Origin: a virus | Taxonomy: Duplodnaviria; Caudoviricetes | DNA length: 55,779 nucleotides | Reading direction: 5' to 3' (one strand) | Virus record (IMG/VR): IMGVR_UViG_3300017565_000006 | Location: 1-55,779 of that record | Shown: positions 27,522 through 35,687 of the stretch, piece after piece | How positions within the stretch are numbered: the stretch's first letter is position 1 | How the letters are laid out: each line of letters begins with the position of its first letter | Position numbers and translations under genes: made by a program | Notes under the pieces: generated by a model | Database searches by the model: none | Told to the model about the DNA's origin: nothing | The model's input: only the letters and a program-made list of their open reading frames with translations

Positions 27522-27737
27522 TCAAGCGCTTAATCTAGTTGAGCCCTTTTTGGCTTTTGGCCTGAACGTAAGACGCGCCGTCCGCAAGCGACCATCCATA
27601 TGCGCCCGGTTGAGCCATTTGCGCAGCTGGCGCGCCTCGCTCGGTGCGTAGCTGCGCGACGGCGCATACGCCCCGAGGTTATCGCGCACGTACCATTTGT
27701 CGCCCACGGTGCGAATGCTGAAGCGATTACGCATCAT
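27522..27737 (-). CDS. basic hypothetical protein
   Basis: GGAGG RBS; coupled ORF. Confidence 0.55.
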   Translation of the reverse strand: MMRNRFSIRTVGDKWYVRDNLGAYAPSRSYAPSEARQLRKWLNRAHMDGRLRTARLTFRPKAKKGSTRLSA

Positions 27738-28003
27738 TCCTCCAGAACAAACACGTGATAGACAAATTCCGTTTCCTCTTGAATGGTGGCAAGGAATTTA
27801 TAGCGCGGATCGTCAGGCGGCGGCGCGTCTGTCATCACTGTATAGAATGAACGTGCAACCTGCGGCGCATTTGGATCAACGATCGCCCAAACGGAAACCG
27901 GCGAGCTGTACTGCCATTGCGCGCTCAAAATCTGAGCCCCTTGCGGCATGAGAATGTTTGTCATGCCTAGGGACTTGATTTTATATTTGTATATCTTTCT
28001 CAT
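27734..28003 (-). CDS. conserved phage hypothetical protein
   Basis: IYKY...MPQGAQILSAQWQ...VWAIVDP...VYHVF pattern. Confidence 0.65.
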   Translation of the reverse strand: MRKIYKYKIKSLGMTNILMPQGAQILSAQWQYSSPVSVWAIVDPNAPQVARSFYTVMTDAPPPDDPRYKFLATIQEETEFVYHVFVLEE

Positions 28004-28410
28004 GACGTGATCGCCTTTGGTTTTACGCCGGGCACCAATTTACCGTCACACCTCACGAAATTTTCAATATAGTCGGCGGCTTGCCCAGCGAAGCGCGCAT
28101 CACCGCAGCCGTAGGTAGAAAACAACTCATATGCTTGTTCGGTTGTGATGCCAAAGTGATTGAGTACATACGGGTCAGCAAACCACAGGCCCTTTCTGCC
28201 GCCGCGCTTACGCAACGAACCGTCTTTTCCTAGGCTGAATGCATCTTGCAGGTCGCGCCGATGCGCGTAATTGCCAAGGACGCACATCGGCGATCCGCAG
28301 GGATGGTCGGTTTGCTTGCCGTAAGCCCCCATAGAAAAATCGTGAAAGTTTTCCATTTCTCGTGTTGCTTTTGCAGCGTTTAGCAAACGCTTCTTTTTAA
28401 TTCTGGCCAT
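28000..28410 (-). CDS. hypothetical protein
   Basis: FSMGAY...CGSPMCVLG...HFGITTEQAYELF; GGAG RBS. Confidence 0.6.
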   Translation of the reverse strand: MARIKKKRLLNAAKATREMENFHDFSMGAYGKQTDHPCGSPMCVLGNYAHRRDLQDAFSLGKDGSLRKRGGRKGLWFADPYVLNHFGITTEQAYELFSTYGCGDARFAGQAADYIENFVRCDGKLVPGVKPKAITS

Positions 28411-28414
28411 GAGA

Positions 28415-28624
28415 TCACTCCCGAAATTGCACCACGTCTTCACGTGGAATGGTAAAGAACGGCTCGCCGCTCTGGTTGTAAGAAACTGCAATCACATCGA
28501 ATCCAAGGATGCGGCTGTCGTCACTCGCGATCCCGTACAGGTCGCGGCCGGGGAACAATGTCTCGCCAGCCTTGGCTGGCATGCTGGAGCGCCCAGACCG
28601 AAGGACTTTGTATTTCGTTTGCAT
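28415..28624 (-). CDS. hypothetical protein
   Basis: DLYGIASDDSRILG...GEPFFTIP. Confidence 0.6.
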   Translation of the reverse strand: MQTKYKVLRSGRSSMPAKAGETLFPGRDLYGIASDDSRILGFDVIAVSYNQSGEPFFTIPREDVVQFRE

Positions 28625-28938
28625 CAGCCGTAAGCCTCATGAGCAAAAATCCGGAGCGTCACGGCAGCATCGTCTTTATTGAAGTGACAAAGGCGCAGCG
28701 CGGTGCCCAGCGCGTATAACTCGCCCTCACGAAAACCGAGCGTCTCAGCAACCTCTTTGCACGTCTTACCATGCATGCCAAGGTGAAATCCAACCCAAGC
28801 CCACATGCACATTGGTTCGTTGTCACTCGTTTGTTGGACGTGCACGCCCCAAAAGCTATAAGAACCATTCAGCACAGAATCGGCGGCTTTGTAGAAAGCC
28901 TCCCGGATGTCTGCCTGAGTCAATCTTTTGCGTTTCAT
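28624..28938 (-). CDS. hypothetical protein
   Basis: Coupled ORF with RBS. Confidence 0.55.
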   Translation of the reverse strand: MKRKRLTQADIREAFYKAADSVLNGSYSFWGVHVQQTSDNEPMCMWAWVGFHLGMHGKTCKEVAETLGFREGELYALGTALRLCHFNKDDAAVTLRIFAHEAYG

Positions 28939-28950
28939 CCTTTCTTACTC

Positions 28951-29148
28951 CTAGTAACATTTGCCAGTCGACTTGAGCCAGCGCCGGGCCCAAGTTCGAT
29001 TGACGTTCGCCAATGCAATACGATGGACTTCAGATTTGACGTTGAACTCAATCGTCTGCAGCTCCTTGCGCGACGGCAAGGGCGGCTGCGTTGGTTTGAC
29101 GTTGGTTTTGATGCGCGCGCCTTTATGAAACATTGGTGCTCCTATCAA
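28951..29148 (-). CDS. basic hypothetical protein
   Basis: AGGAG precedes an internal ATG (MFHKG). Confidence 0.45.
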   Translation of the reverse strand: MIGAPMFHKGARIKTNVKPTQPPLPSRKELQTIEFNVKSEVHRIALANVNRTWARRWLKSTGKCY

Positions 29149-29439
29149 TTAACCGGCTTGTAAGGTGTCTGTAATGGCGGCGGAGATGCCTTTCACAGCC
29201 TGCACTCGTCGAACGATGCTCAACGCTTGCTCAGGCGTTGCGCCGTAAATCGAAATCCAAGGAATGCGCCCTTCTTTTTTGTCGCGAATCGCGGTCACAA
29301 CGACAGCGCGACCACGGCGAGACTTGCGACGAGTGAAACCAAAAGCGCCCCATTGACGACAACCGAAACATGCGCCGCGATCATATTTGCCGGTGCCGTT
29401 GCAGCGGTGGCAAAGCGTGATGTATGTCTCGGTTTTCAT
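29149..29439 (-). CDS. hypothetical protein with DnaJ-type Zn-finger motif
   Basis: CHRCNGTG...ACFGC; first gene after cassette 3. Confidence 0.65.
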   Translation of the reverse strand: MKTETYITLCHRCNGTGKYDRGACFGCRQWGAFGFTRRKSRRGRAVVVTAIRDKKEGRIPWISIYGATPEQALSIVRRVQAVKGISAAITDTLQAG

Positions 29440-29449
29440 CTGGCCGTTT

Positions 29450-29524
29450 TCCTTTCTGGCGGTTCACGTTGAACCGTGACGCGATAATGCGTCATTGGCG
29501 CAAACGAGTCAAGCATTAAAGCGA
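29450..29524 (-). promoter_or_regulatory. sigma70-like promoter + stem-loop + SD cassette 3
   Basis: TTGACT-17-CATTAT, CACGG, hairpin 29460-29476, CAGAAAGGA; 19-bp block 29506-29524 identical to 32252-32270. Confidence 0.72.
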
Positions 29525-29715
29525 TTATTTGTCGGGTTGCTGGAATGCCTCGGTGGCCTTGCAGGCTTCGCACGTTACCCATGGCTTATACGTGGTAAGG
29601 GCTGTAGTAAGCTGGCCGCTCGGATTGCAGGCCGCGTACGAGTGGAACGGCTGGTGATCGCGATTCGACCATACTGGGCCGTAGTGGAGTTCCGCGCTCG
29701 TTGAAAAGATGAGGT

Positions 29716-29919
29716 TCATTTCCATTCGCAGCTCAACGCGCCTTTGTAATGTCCAACCAATGCAACGCATCTCGTACCGTCAGGCATCACAACGCTCGTC
29801 AGAATCGCAGCGCCGTTGGCGCCAGAAATCAAAACGTTGCCCTTTTCTGTCGTTGCTGGTGGTTTGTCACCGCAACCGGCAAGCATCAAAAAGCTAACAA
29901 TTGCAATAGCGGTTTTCAT
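29716..29919 (-). CDS. small lipoprotein
   Basis: MKTAIAIVSFLMLAGC lipobox; C-terminal DGTRCV...LSCEWK. Confidence 0.75.
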   Translation of the reverse strand: MKTAIAIVSFLMLAGCGDKPPATTEKGNVLISGANGAAILTSVVMPDGTRCVALVGHYKGALSCEWK

Positions 29920-29946
29920 TTGCTTCTCATTCTCGCGTTATAAGAT

Positions 29947-29978
29947 GGCTGCGCCGGCATGGGGGAACCGGCGCAGCC
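29947..29978. terminator. 11-bp intergenic hairpin (terminator or processing site)
   Basis: GGCTGCGCCGG-N10-CCGGCGCAGCC. Confidence 0.5.
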
Positions 29979-30047
29979 TGGAGTCAGCACACTTTTTGTT
30001 TGTTGGTTAGCGCATGTTTGCAAACCTCCATGCACGTTATTAGGCTT

Positions 30048-30317
30048 TCACTTGGCCTGATCAGATTCGCACGTTCGCGTTATTGGATCAAGAGGCGTCT
30101 GGAAAAGCTTTTTAGACAAAGCTACCCATTGCGTCATGTCCTGAAGATTGCCCCTGGAAACAACCAAGCTTAATACAATCTTGCTTAGCGCTTGGTTGAT
30201 ATCGGCGCCAGAAAGATGTACGACATAATCGCCTTCAGTCAAGCTCGTTGAAAACCTAACAGCTTTTCCGGAAAGTCGTTTTGTTTGTCCGCGCTTCATT
30301 TTCTTAACAATCATCAT
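30048..30317 (-). CDS. hypothetical protein
   Basis: GAGG RBS; coupled ORF. Confidence 0.55.
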   Translation of the reverse strand: MMIVKKMKRGQTKRLSGKAVRFSTSLTEGDYVVHLSGADINQALSKIVLSLVVSRGNLQDMTQWVALSKKLFQTPLDPITRTCESDQAK

Positions 30318-30517
30318 GATCGAACTACCTCATCCGGAAGACGGACAATGTGTGCATTGGCCAGTCCTGCGTGATCGCTGCGATAGGTCGAAACTTCGAT
30401 GATTGATAGCTGCGCGGCGTTTTCGATATCGTCGCAAAACGCAGGCCCATCCTTATAGTGATAGTCGCCAGTCCAATAGCGGTTATTGATCATTAGTGCA
30501 TAGCGTGGCGGTTTCAT
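30314..30517 (-). CDS. hypothetical protein
   Basis: AGGAG RBS. Confidence 0.6.
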   Translation of the reverse strand: MKPPRYALMINNRYWTGDYHYKDGPAFCDDIENAAQLSIIEVSTYRSDHAGLANAHIVRLPDEVVRS

Positions 30518-30543
30518 GGGTTTGCTCCTGGTTTGTGCGCGGA

Positions 30544-30708
30544 CTATCGCGCCACGCGGAGCTTGCCGAGGCCGCGACCGCCGTTCTTCAGCTGCCAGTT
30601 CAGCGACCAGCGCTTCGCCTCGCTGATCGACTTGAATTCCTGCACCGATCCGTCACGGGCCTGAATGAATCGGCCAGTGCGTACGTATTCAACTTTTTCG
30701 TTGTGCAT
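30544..30708 (-). CDS. 54-aa hypothetical protein (below the ORF-track cut-off)
   Basis: AGGAG RBS; MHNEKVEYVRTGRFIQARDGSVQEFKSISEAKRWS... Confidence 0.6.
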   Translation of the reverse strand: MHNEKVEYVRTGRFIQARDGSVQEFKSISEAKRWSLNWQLKNGGRGLGKLRVAR

Positions 30709-30910
30709 GTTTGCTCCTACTCAGGGTTTGATCATTTCGCGCGACGGGCGCGCAGGGTTTGTAACATCTCGCAGACGGTCGCAATGCAGTCCACATGCCA
30801 GCCGAGCATGCGGCAAAGCCTGCGGCGCTGGTGAAGGTGCAAGCGGCGGCGCTTTTCGCTGTTTTGCCATTGGCGGTAATGCTTTTCATCCTGCACGGTG
30901 TTGGCGCGCC

Positions 30911-31087
30911 TCATGACACGAACCCCAAGCGCGCCAGGGCGGCGCGAGCTTCGGCATGCGTCGCATACTCTTGAACGAAGCCAGCGCCATCGTTCCACGT
31001 GAATTCGATCAGCGCGTCGCCGGCCTGAAATTCCGTCAGCTTGGCGGAATCAGCGGAGCCCCAATAACGACCAATTGCATTATTCAT
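30911..31087 (-). CDS. hypothetical protein
   Basis: First gene after cassette 4. Confidence 0.6.
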   Translation of the reverse strand: MNNAIGRYWGSADSAKLTEFQAGDALIEFTWNDGAGFVQEYATHAEARAALARLGFVS

Positions 31088-31094
31088 CACGTTT

Positions 31095-31162
31095 TCCTTT
31101 CTGTCGGGCCACACTGCGCGGCCCGTGATTGGAATATTGCCCTTTTGCTTTTCTGATGTCAA
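31095..31162 (-). promoter_or_regulatory. sigma70-like promoter + stem-loop + SD cassette 4
   Basis: TTGACA-17-CAATAT, CACGG, hairpin 31105-31125, CAGAAAGGA. Confidence 0.7.
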
Positions 31163-31167
31163 TCGGG

Positions 31168-31791
31168 TTAAAAGCCAAAGTTTTTGAGGGCAGACGTGAA
31201 CGCGGCACGGTCTGTCTGGGCGCGCATGGGCATCACAAGCCCTACGGCAGTCGGGTCTGCGCCGACCGCGAGCGCAGCGCCGTGGCCGTTGTGGTAGAGC
31301 GAGGGCTTGTTTTTAACGCCTCCGATCAGCACAAACGCGGCTTGCAGCGGCGCCGTGAATTCCGCGTCAAATTGCACGGCTTCGGCGGAGAAAGTTTTCG
31401 GAACAACCCGTCTCCATTGAGGATAAGTACCAGATTCTTCAGGCCCGCCAACCCTAGACCCGTCATGACGGATCAAGTTTATGGAGCGGTCTGTGCGTGT
31501 GCCTGCGTCGATGCATACAACGACTGCAGAGTTCTTTCCTTTGTAAAACTTAAGAAGTTGTTCAATCATAATACGCGGCACAATGAACGGGCGAACGTTT
31601 TTAGGCATCTTAGGCAGCTCATGTTTGACAAAAAGCATTTTGTGGCCATCAGTCGCCACAAGCGCGTCGTGTTCGGTGTCGAAATAGACGCCATTCAGAT
31701 AAAAACGAACGTCGTTCTTACCTGCGATCAACAACAAAGCCTTAAGAACGTTTGTTTCAACGGCGGTGACATTAATCATTTGTTTGCTCAC
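31168..31791 (-). CDS. DNA polymerase III beta clamp-like protein (two-domain, truncated)
   Basis: DVRFYLNGVYF, VATDGHK, GTYPQWRRVVP, GLVMPMR match DnaN domains II-III. Confidence 0.8.
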   Translation of the reverse strand: MSKQMINVTAVETNVLKALLLIAGKNDVRFYLNGVYFDTEHDALVATDGHKMLFVKHELPKMPKNVRPFIVPRIMIEQLLKFYKGKNSAVVVCIDAGTRTDRSINLIRHDGSRVGGPEESGTYPQWRRVVPKTFSAEAVQFDAEFTAPLQAAFVLIGGVKNKPSLYHNGHGAALAVGADPTAVGLVMPMRAQTDRAAFTSALKNFGF

Positions 31792-31815
31792 AAAAATAAC
31801 GAGTCGGAAGGATGG

Positions 31816-32010
31816 TTACTGCGCGTCCTGCCAAGCCTTGTCTGCGGCAAGCTTCTCCTCACGGGCGCGAATCAAAGCGGCGTCAGTGAACTTGCTCGGC
31901 TGATAACGCATGTCACCAGCTTGCTTGCCGTACACGCGGACGAGTTCAGTGTGATATGCCTCATCAGCGTTGTATGCGTTCATCTGCAATTCGTATTTGT
32001 CCATCGTCAT
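31816..32010 (-). CDS. hypothetical protein
   Basis: AGAAAGGAG RBS. Confidence 0.65.
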   Translation of the reverse strand: MTMDKYELQMNAYNADEAYHTELVRVYGKQAGDMRYQPSKFTDAALIRAREEKLAADKAWQDAQ

Positions 32011-32025
32011 TCTCCTTTCTATCGA

Positions 32026-32199
32026 TCAACCAAGCTGGCGGAAAAACTCGATGCGCTCGGCGTCATTCAGACCGTAATCATCAGCGGCCTCGCACGCCAG
32101 CTCCAGCCATGTGCGCCCAGGACCTTCATTACTGCGCTTACGAAAAATTTCCGCTTTTGCGGACTCGATGCGAAGCTGTGAATCATTGTCCATCATCAT
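32026..32199 (-). CDS. hypothetical protein
   Basis: First gene after cassette 5. Confidence 0.6.
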   Translation of the reverse strand: MMMDNDSQLRIESAKAEIFRKRSNEGPGRTWLELACEAADDYGLNDAERIEFFRQLG

Positions 32200-32201
32200 T
32201 C

Positions 32202-32270
32202 TCCTTTCTGCCGGGCGAACCGTGAGTGAATAGTGCGCCGTTGGGCGCAATGAGTCAAGCATTAAAGCGA
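32202..32270 (-). promoter_or_regulatory. sigma70-like promoter + SD cassette 5 at the strand-divergence point
   Basis: TTGACT-17-CACTAT, CACGG, weak hairpin, CAGAAAGGA. Confidence 0.7.
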
Positions 32271-32347
32271 AAAAGTTTCGCCTGATGGACAAACTGCTGA
32301 TTTACGGCAATGCTTCCGGTCCCTTTGGGTGAAGTGATGGTGAGAAA

Positions 32348-33316
32348 ATGGCACGGCGAGAATGGCCAGCCGAGGCGCGAGCCTTTTTGAGCGCTTTAAG
32401 CGCAAATCTTGATGAAAAAGAAAGATTAATTACTTGCGGTGTGCTAGGCGATCCAGGCAAAGCCGCGTCGTCGCAATGGCGGCCGCGTCCCTGGACAGGC
32501 GATGCCGCATGGTGCTACCCCACCGGATGGAATGCGTATGTGACCGTTGGCGCGTTTTCTGTATCTCCCGATGGGAGCTACAGACGACGGGCCGCGAACT
32601 GCACCGGCGGCGTCGCGTTCATGGTCGACGACGTAGGGACGAAGGTCTCGCGCTCGCGCGTCGAACACACCCCACCCTCCGCAATCGTTGAAACATCACG
32701 CGGCAACGAGCAATGGTGGTACTTCCTTGACAAAGTAGAGCGGGACACCGAGCGCTTTGACGCACTGATTCGCGCTTTCATCGATACGGTACTCGGCGGC
32801 GAGGACCCGGGCATGGCCAGCGTAACGCGCGTCGGGCGCATTCCTGGATTCAGCAACAACAAAGCCGCGTATGGCCCGGTCGGTGTCGATGTGAAGCTCT
32901 TATCACTGAGTGACAAGCGCTTCAGCGTCGAAGAGCTGCTGTCTTTGTATGGCCTGTCGCTCGTTGGTCGGCGGCGCGTACTGCCTCGCATCCTGCCAGA
33001 CGATGCGGAAGAACGAATCAAGGCGCACTACCTTGTGCGCAAGTTTCTGCGTCTTAGCGGCATGCTCAAGCGCTCAACGCCAGATCCATCCGGATGGCTG
33101 GAAATACAATGCCCTTGGGTGGACGGGCACACCGCAGGCGTCGACAACGGCGCCGCGATCCGTGAACCGGATCAAGAAAATGGATTCTATGGCGGGTTCC
33201 GTTGTCATCATGGCTCATGCGCTAAGCGAGGGTGGCGCGAGCTTACAGATTGGATTGCTGACGAAGCTTCCGAGAGATTAGAACAAGCAAACGCGGGGAC
33301 TATTGACCGTGGCTGA
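32348..33316 (+). CDS. RepB'-like (AEP superfamily) DNA primase with C-terminal Zn domain
   Basis: FMVDDVG, PSAIVETSRGNEQWWY, RVGRIPG; CPW..H...FRCHHGSC. Confidence 0.82.
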   Translation: MARREWPAEARAFLSALSANLDEKERLITCGVLGDPGKAASSQWRPRPWTGDAAWCYPTGWNAYVTVGAFSVSPDGSYRRRAANCTGGVAFMVDDVGTKVSRSRVEHTPPSAIVETSRGNEQWWYFLDKVERDTERFDALIRAFIDTVLGGEDPGMASVTRVGRIPGFSNNKAAYGPVGVDVKLLSLSDKRFSVEELLSLYGLSLVGRRRVLPRILPDDAEERIKAHYLVRKFLRLSGMLKRSTPDPSGWLEIQCPWVDGHTAGVDNGAAIREPDQENGFYGGFRCHHGSCAKRGWRELTDWIADEASERLEQANAGTIDRG

Positions 33317-34844
33317 AGAAGTACAGATGGATAGCGAGCTGTCGCCCGAAGAGGCGCAAGCGCTTAAAGCATTACGTCGACTCGCCGAACTGCAACAAAC
33401 AACCAGCACTCGGCGTACCTACCGACACAACGATTTTCTTTATGACATTTCGCAGGATGCTTTTTGGTGTAGACCATTAAGCGCCATGATTTCAGCGAAA
33501 GGCGTCAACTCTATGGTGCCGATTGAACATTGGAGATTGCCCAAGCTGACCTCCGAAGGTCGGCAACCACCGCCCGTGCCGCCAGCCAAAGACCTGATGC
33601 GAATCGAAGCGGGAACGGTTGTTGAAGGGTCAACATGGCTGCCGGGGCAAGGCGAGTTGATAGAGGATCTATATGCGTCGAAAGATGGATTCTTCCCAAT
33701 TGAAGGGGTGCAAATGTTTAATACGTTTCGACCAGGACCAGTTGCCGATGTATCGCTCGCGCCCCAAGCAATGCCTTGGGTGGAGCACATCAAGCGACTG
33801 TGGCCAGAAACAATTGAGCATGAGTATTTTTTCGACTACTGCGCCCACATGATTCAGAAGCCTGAAGAGAAGGCGAACGGCGCCATTGTCGTCAGCGGAA
33901 AACAGGGCATTGGCAAGGATGCGGCGCTATTGCCCGTTCGCATGGCAGTAGGTGAATGGAACACAAGAAATATTTCCCCTGATCATCTGTTCCAGCAATT
34001 CAACCCCTGGGTCGAGTGCGTCATGCTCACGATTGACGAAGTGAGACCAATGTCAGATGACCATAAGGCAACGTCGCTATATGACATCCTCAAATCATTG
34101 ACCGTCACGCCACCGAACACCATCGCGCTGAATGATAAGCGGGACAAATTGCGATACATCGCAAACGTGTTGCGATTGTTCCTAACAACCAATGACCGGT
34201 TAGCGCTCTACATCCCTCCAGAAGATCGGCGCTTGATGATGATGCACAGCGAATTGCCGCAGCGCTGGCATCGCGAGACTGATCCTGACTACTTCGTCAA
34301 GCTCTTCAATTGGCTGACCGCAGGGGGCTATGCCGCTGTTGCTGGATGGCTCGCGGCCCGCGATATCTCGAAATTCAATCCAAAGGGTGAGGTGCCGAAA
34401 ACATCGACATGGGCAGAAATCTCGCAGCGCTGGGACGCGCCCGAGGATGAATTGACGGCGGCGCTCGATTCGCTCGGCAATCCTGACTGTCTGTTCTCCA
34501 CCGAACTGATAGAAAACCAATTCGATGGCGTCGAAGAGCTGCGAAAGCTCATGAAGGGTCGCGGCTTCGTATTCCGCATGCAGCAAGCTGGTTACAAAGT
34601 CGTGCCATTGCCCGAGGGCAAAACGCGATGGCGCAAAGGTGTTAACGGATGGGAGTTCAAATCCTTCAAAGCGTACATTAAAGAAAATTTATGTTTGGGC
34701 GCCGCGCAAGCGCTCGAAAGGGTCGAAGAGCGGCTGCAATTGCGGGTTGATGCCGGGCCCAAGGGCAAGGTACCGAAAGGGCCGCGCCTAAGCGTGGTAG
34801 GCGAAAGCATTAACGCAGTTGCGGGAAAAGATGAAGGCTTCTAA
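33303..34844 (+). CDS. SF3 / D5-like (DUF5906) replicative helicase
   Basis: Walker A GKQGIGKD, Walker B LTIDE, motif C FLTTN, EDRR. Confidence 0.85.
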   Translation: MTVAEEVQMDSELSPEEAQALKALRRLAELQQTTSTRRTYRHNDFLYDISQDAFWCRPLSAMISAKGVNSMVPIEHWRLPKLTSEGRQPPPVPPAKDLMRIEAGTVVEGSTWLPGQGELIEDLYASKDGFFPIEGVQMFNTFRPGPVADVSLAPQAMPWVEHIKRLWPETIEHEYFFDYCAHMIQKPEEKANGAIVVSGKQGIGKDAALLPVRMAVGEWNTRNISPDHLFQQFNPWVECVMLTIDEVRPMSDDHKATSLYDILKSLTVTPPNTIALNDKRDKLRYIANVLRLFLTTNDRLALYIPPEDRRLMMMHSELPQRWHRETDPDYFVKLFNWLTAGGYAAVAGWLAARDISKFNPKGEVPKTSTWAEISQRWDAPEDELTAALDSLGNPDCLFSTELIENQFDGVEELRKLMKGRGFVFRMQQAGYKVVPLPEGKTRWRKGVNGWEFKSFKAYIKENLCLGAAQALERVEERLQLRVDAGPKGKVPKGPRLSVVGESINAVAGKDEGF

Positions 34845-34879
34845 GGGAATTCCTTAGCGCTTTATTGAGGAAATGGATT

Positions 34880-35210
34880 AAAGAGAGGCCAACACGGCCT
34901 CTCGACGCCCGACAGGCGCCCAAGAGTTGGGCGGCGCGCAAGTTATTGAAGGTAAAAGAAAAAAGAGGGCCGCGGGGGTCGAAAGCGCCCGACGCCCGAC
35001 TATCTCCGTATTACCAGCTTTTTCTTTCCCCTTACTCCCATATTTACCCTATATATATTTTCTTACTTACTTATATTAGTTAGGCGAGTTAGGCGATATA
35101 TATAAAAGAGGGTTAGAAATAGAGTGAAAATCAATGACTTGCGAGAGCGCCCAACTGGGCGCCTGACATGGGATCTAGTTGGGCGCATGTCGGCGAGTTA
35201 GGCGCAGCCA
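34880..35210. other. putative replication origin or packaging region (iterated 9-mers, AT-rich core, IHF site)
   Basis: AGTT(A/G)GGCG repeats in both orientations; AT-rich tract ~35010-35130; AATCAATGACTTG (35129-35141) fits WATCAANNNNTTR. Confidence 0.55.
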
Positions 35211-35315
35211 TTTCGCGGCTTTGCCGAGGTGCGTTTTTGACTCGCGGCGTCCGCGCTGACATGATCGCGGCGTTGGAAACTGAAGATATCTCTTGACAAA
35301 CGGTCGACAATCGTG

Positions 35316-35687
35316 ATGGACCAAGCAGACAAACCAGCCAAGCGCCCACGTCGAGGGGGACGAGCAAAGGGCACCCCCAATAAAACCACGCGCGAGGTGC
35401 GTGCGCTGGCGCAGGAATACGGGCCGTCGGCAATCAAGGTGCTTGCGGAGTTGATGCTGGATGACGAGCAGCTCGGTGCCACCCGCCGAGCAGCGGCCGT
35501 CGATTTGCTGGATCGCGGTTATGGGAAGCCGGCCAGCGTGCTGCAGGTCGATGACGGAGAAGGCGGCACAGCGCTTCCGTCCTTCATTGGGCTGGTAGGT
35601 ATGACCGCCGAAGATGTACGCCAGGAACGCGAGAGGCGCGCCCTGACGGCGAATTCGGACGCAGACGCAGCCGAAGATGCAACTTAG
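35316..35687 (+). CDS. terminase small subunit
   Basis: GGRAKGTPNK, AAVDLLDRGYGKP; immediately upstream of TerL. Confidence 0.8.
   Translation: MDQADKPAKRPRRGGRAKGTPNKTTREVRALAQEYGPSAIKVLAELMLDDEQLGATRRAAAVDLLDRGYGKPASVLQVDDGEGGTALPSFIGLVGMTAEDVRQERERRALTANSDADAAEDAT

Noticed and set aside
30991-31006. Additional parS-like sites (CGTTCCACGTGAATTC; also ~28436-28451)
   Set aside because: Only 11-12 of 16 positions match, which is expected by chance
7561-32347. Lysogeny module, tRNA genes, or introns/inteins in dnaE and helicase
   Set aside because: No integrase or CI-like motifs and no tRNA cloverleaf were seen; polymerase and helicase motifs are contiguous and of normal length
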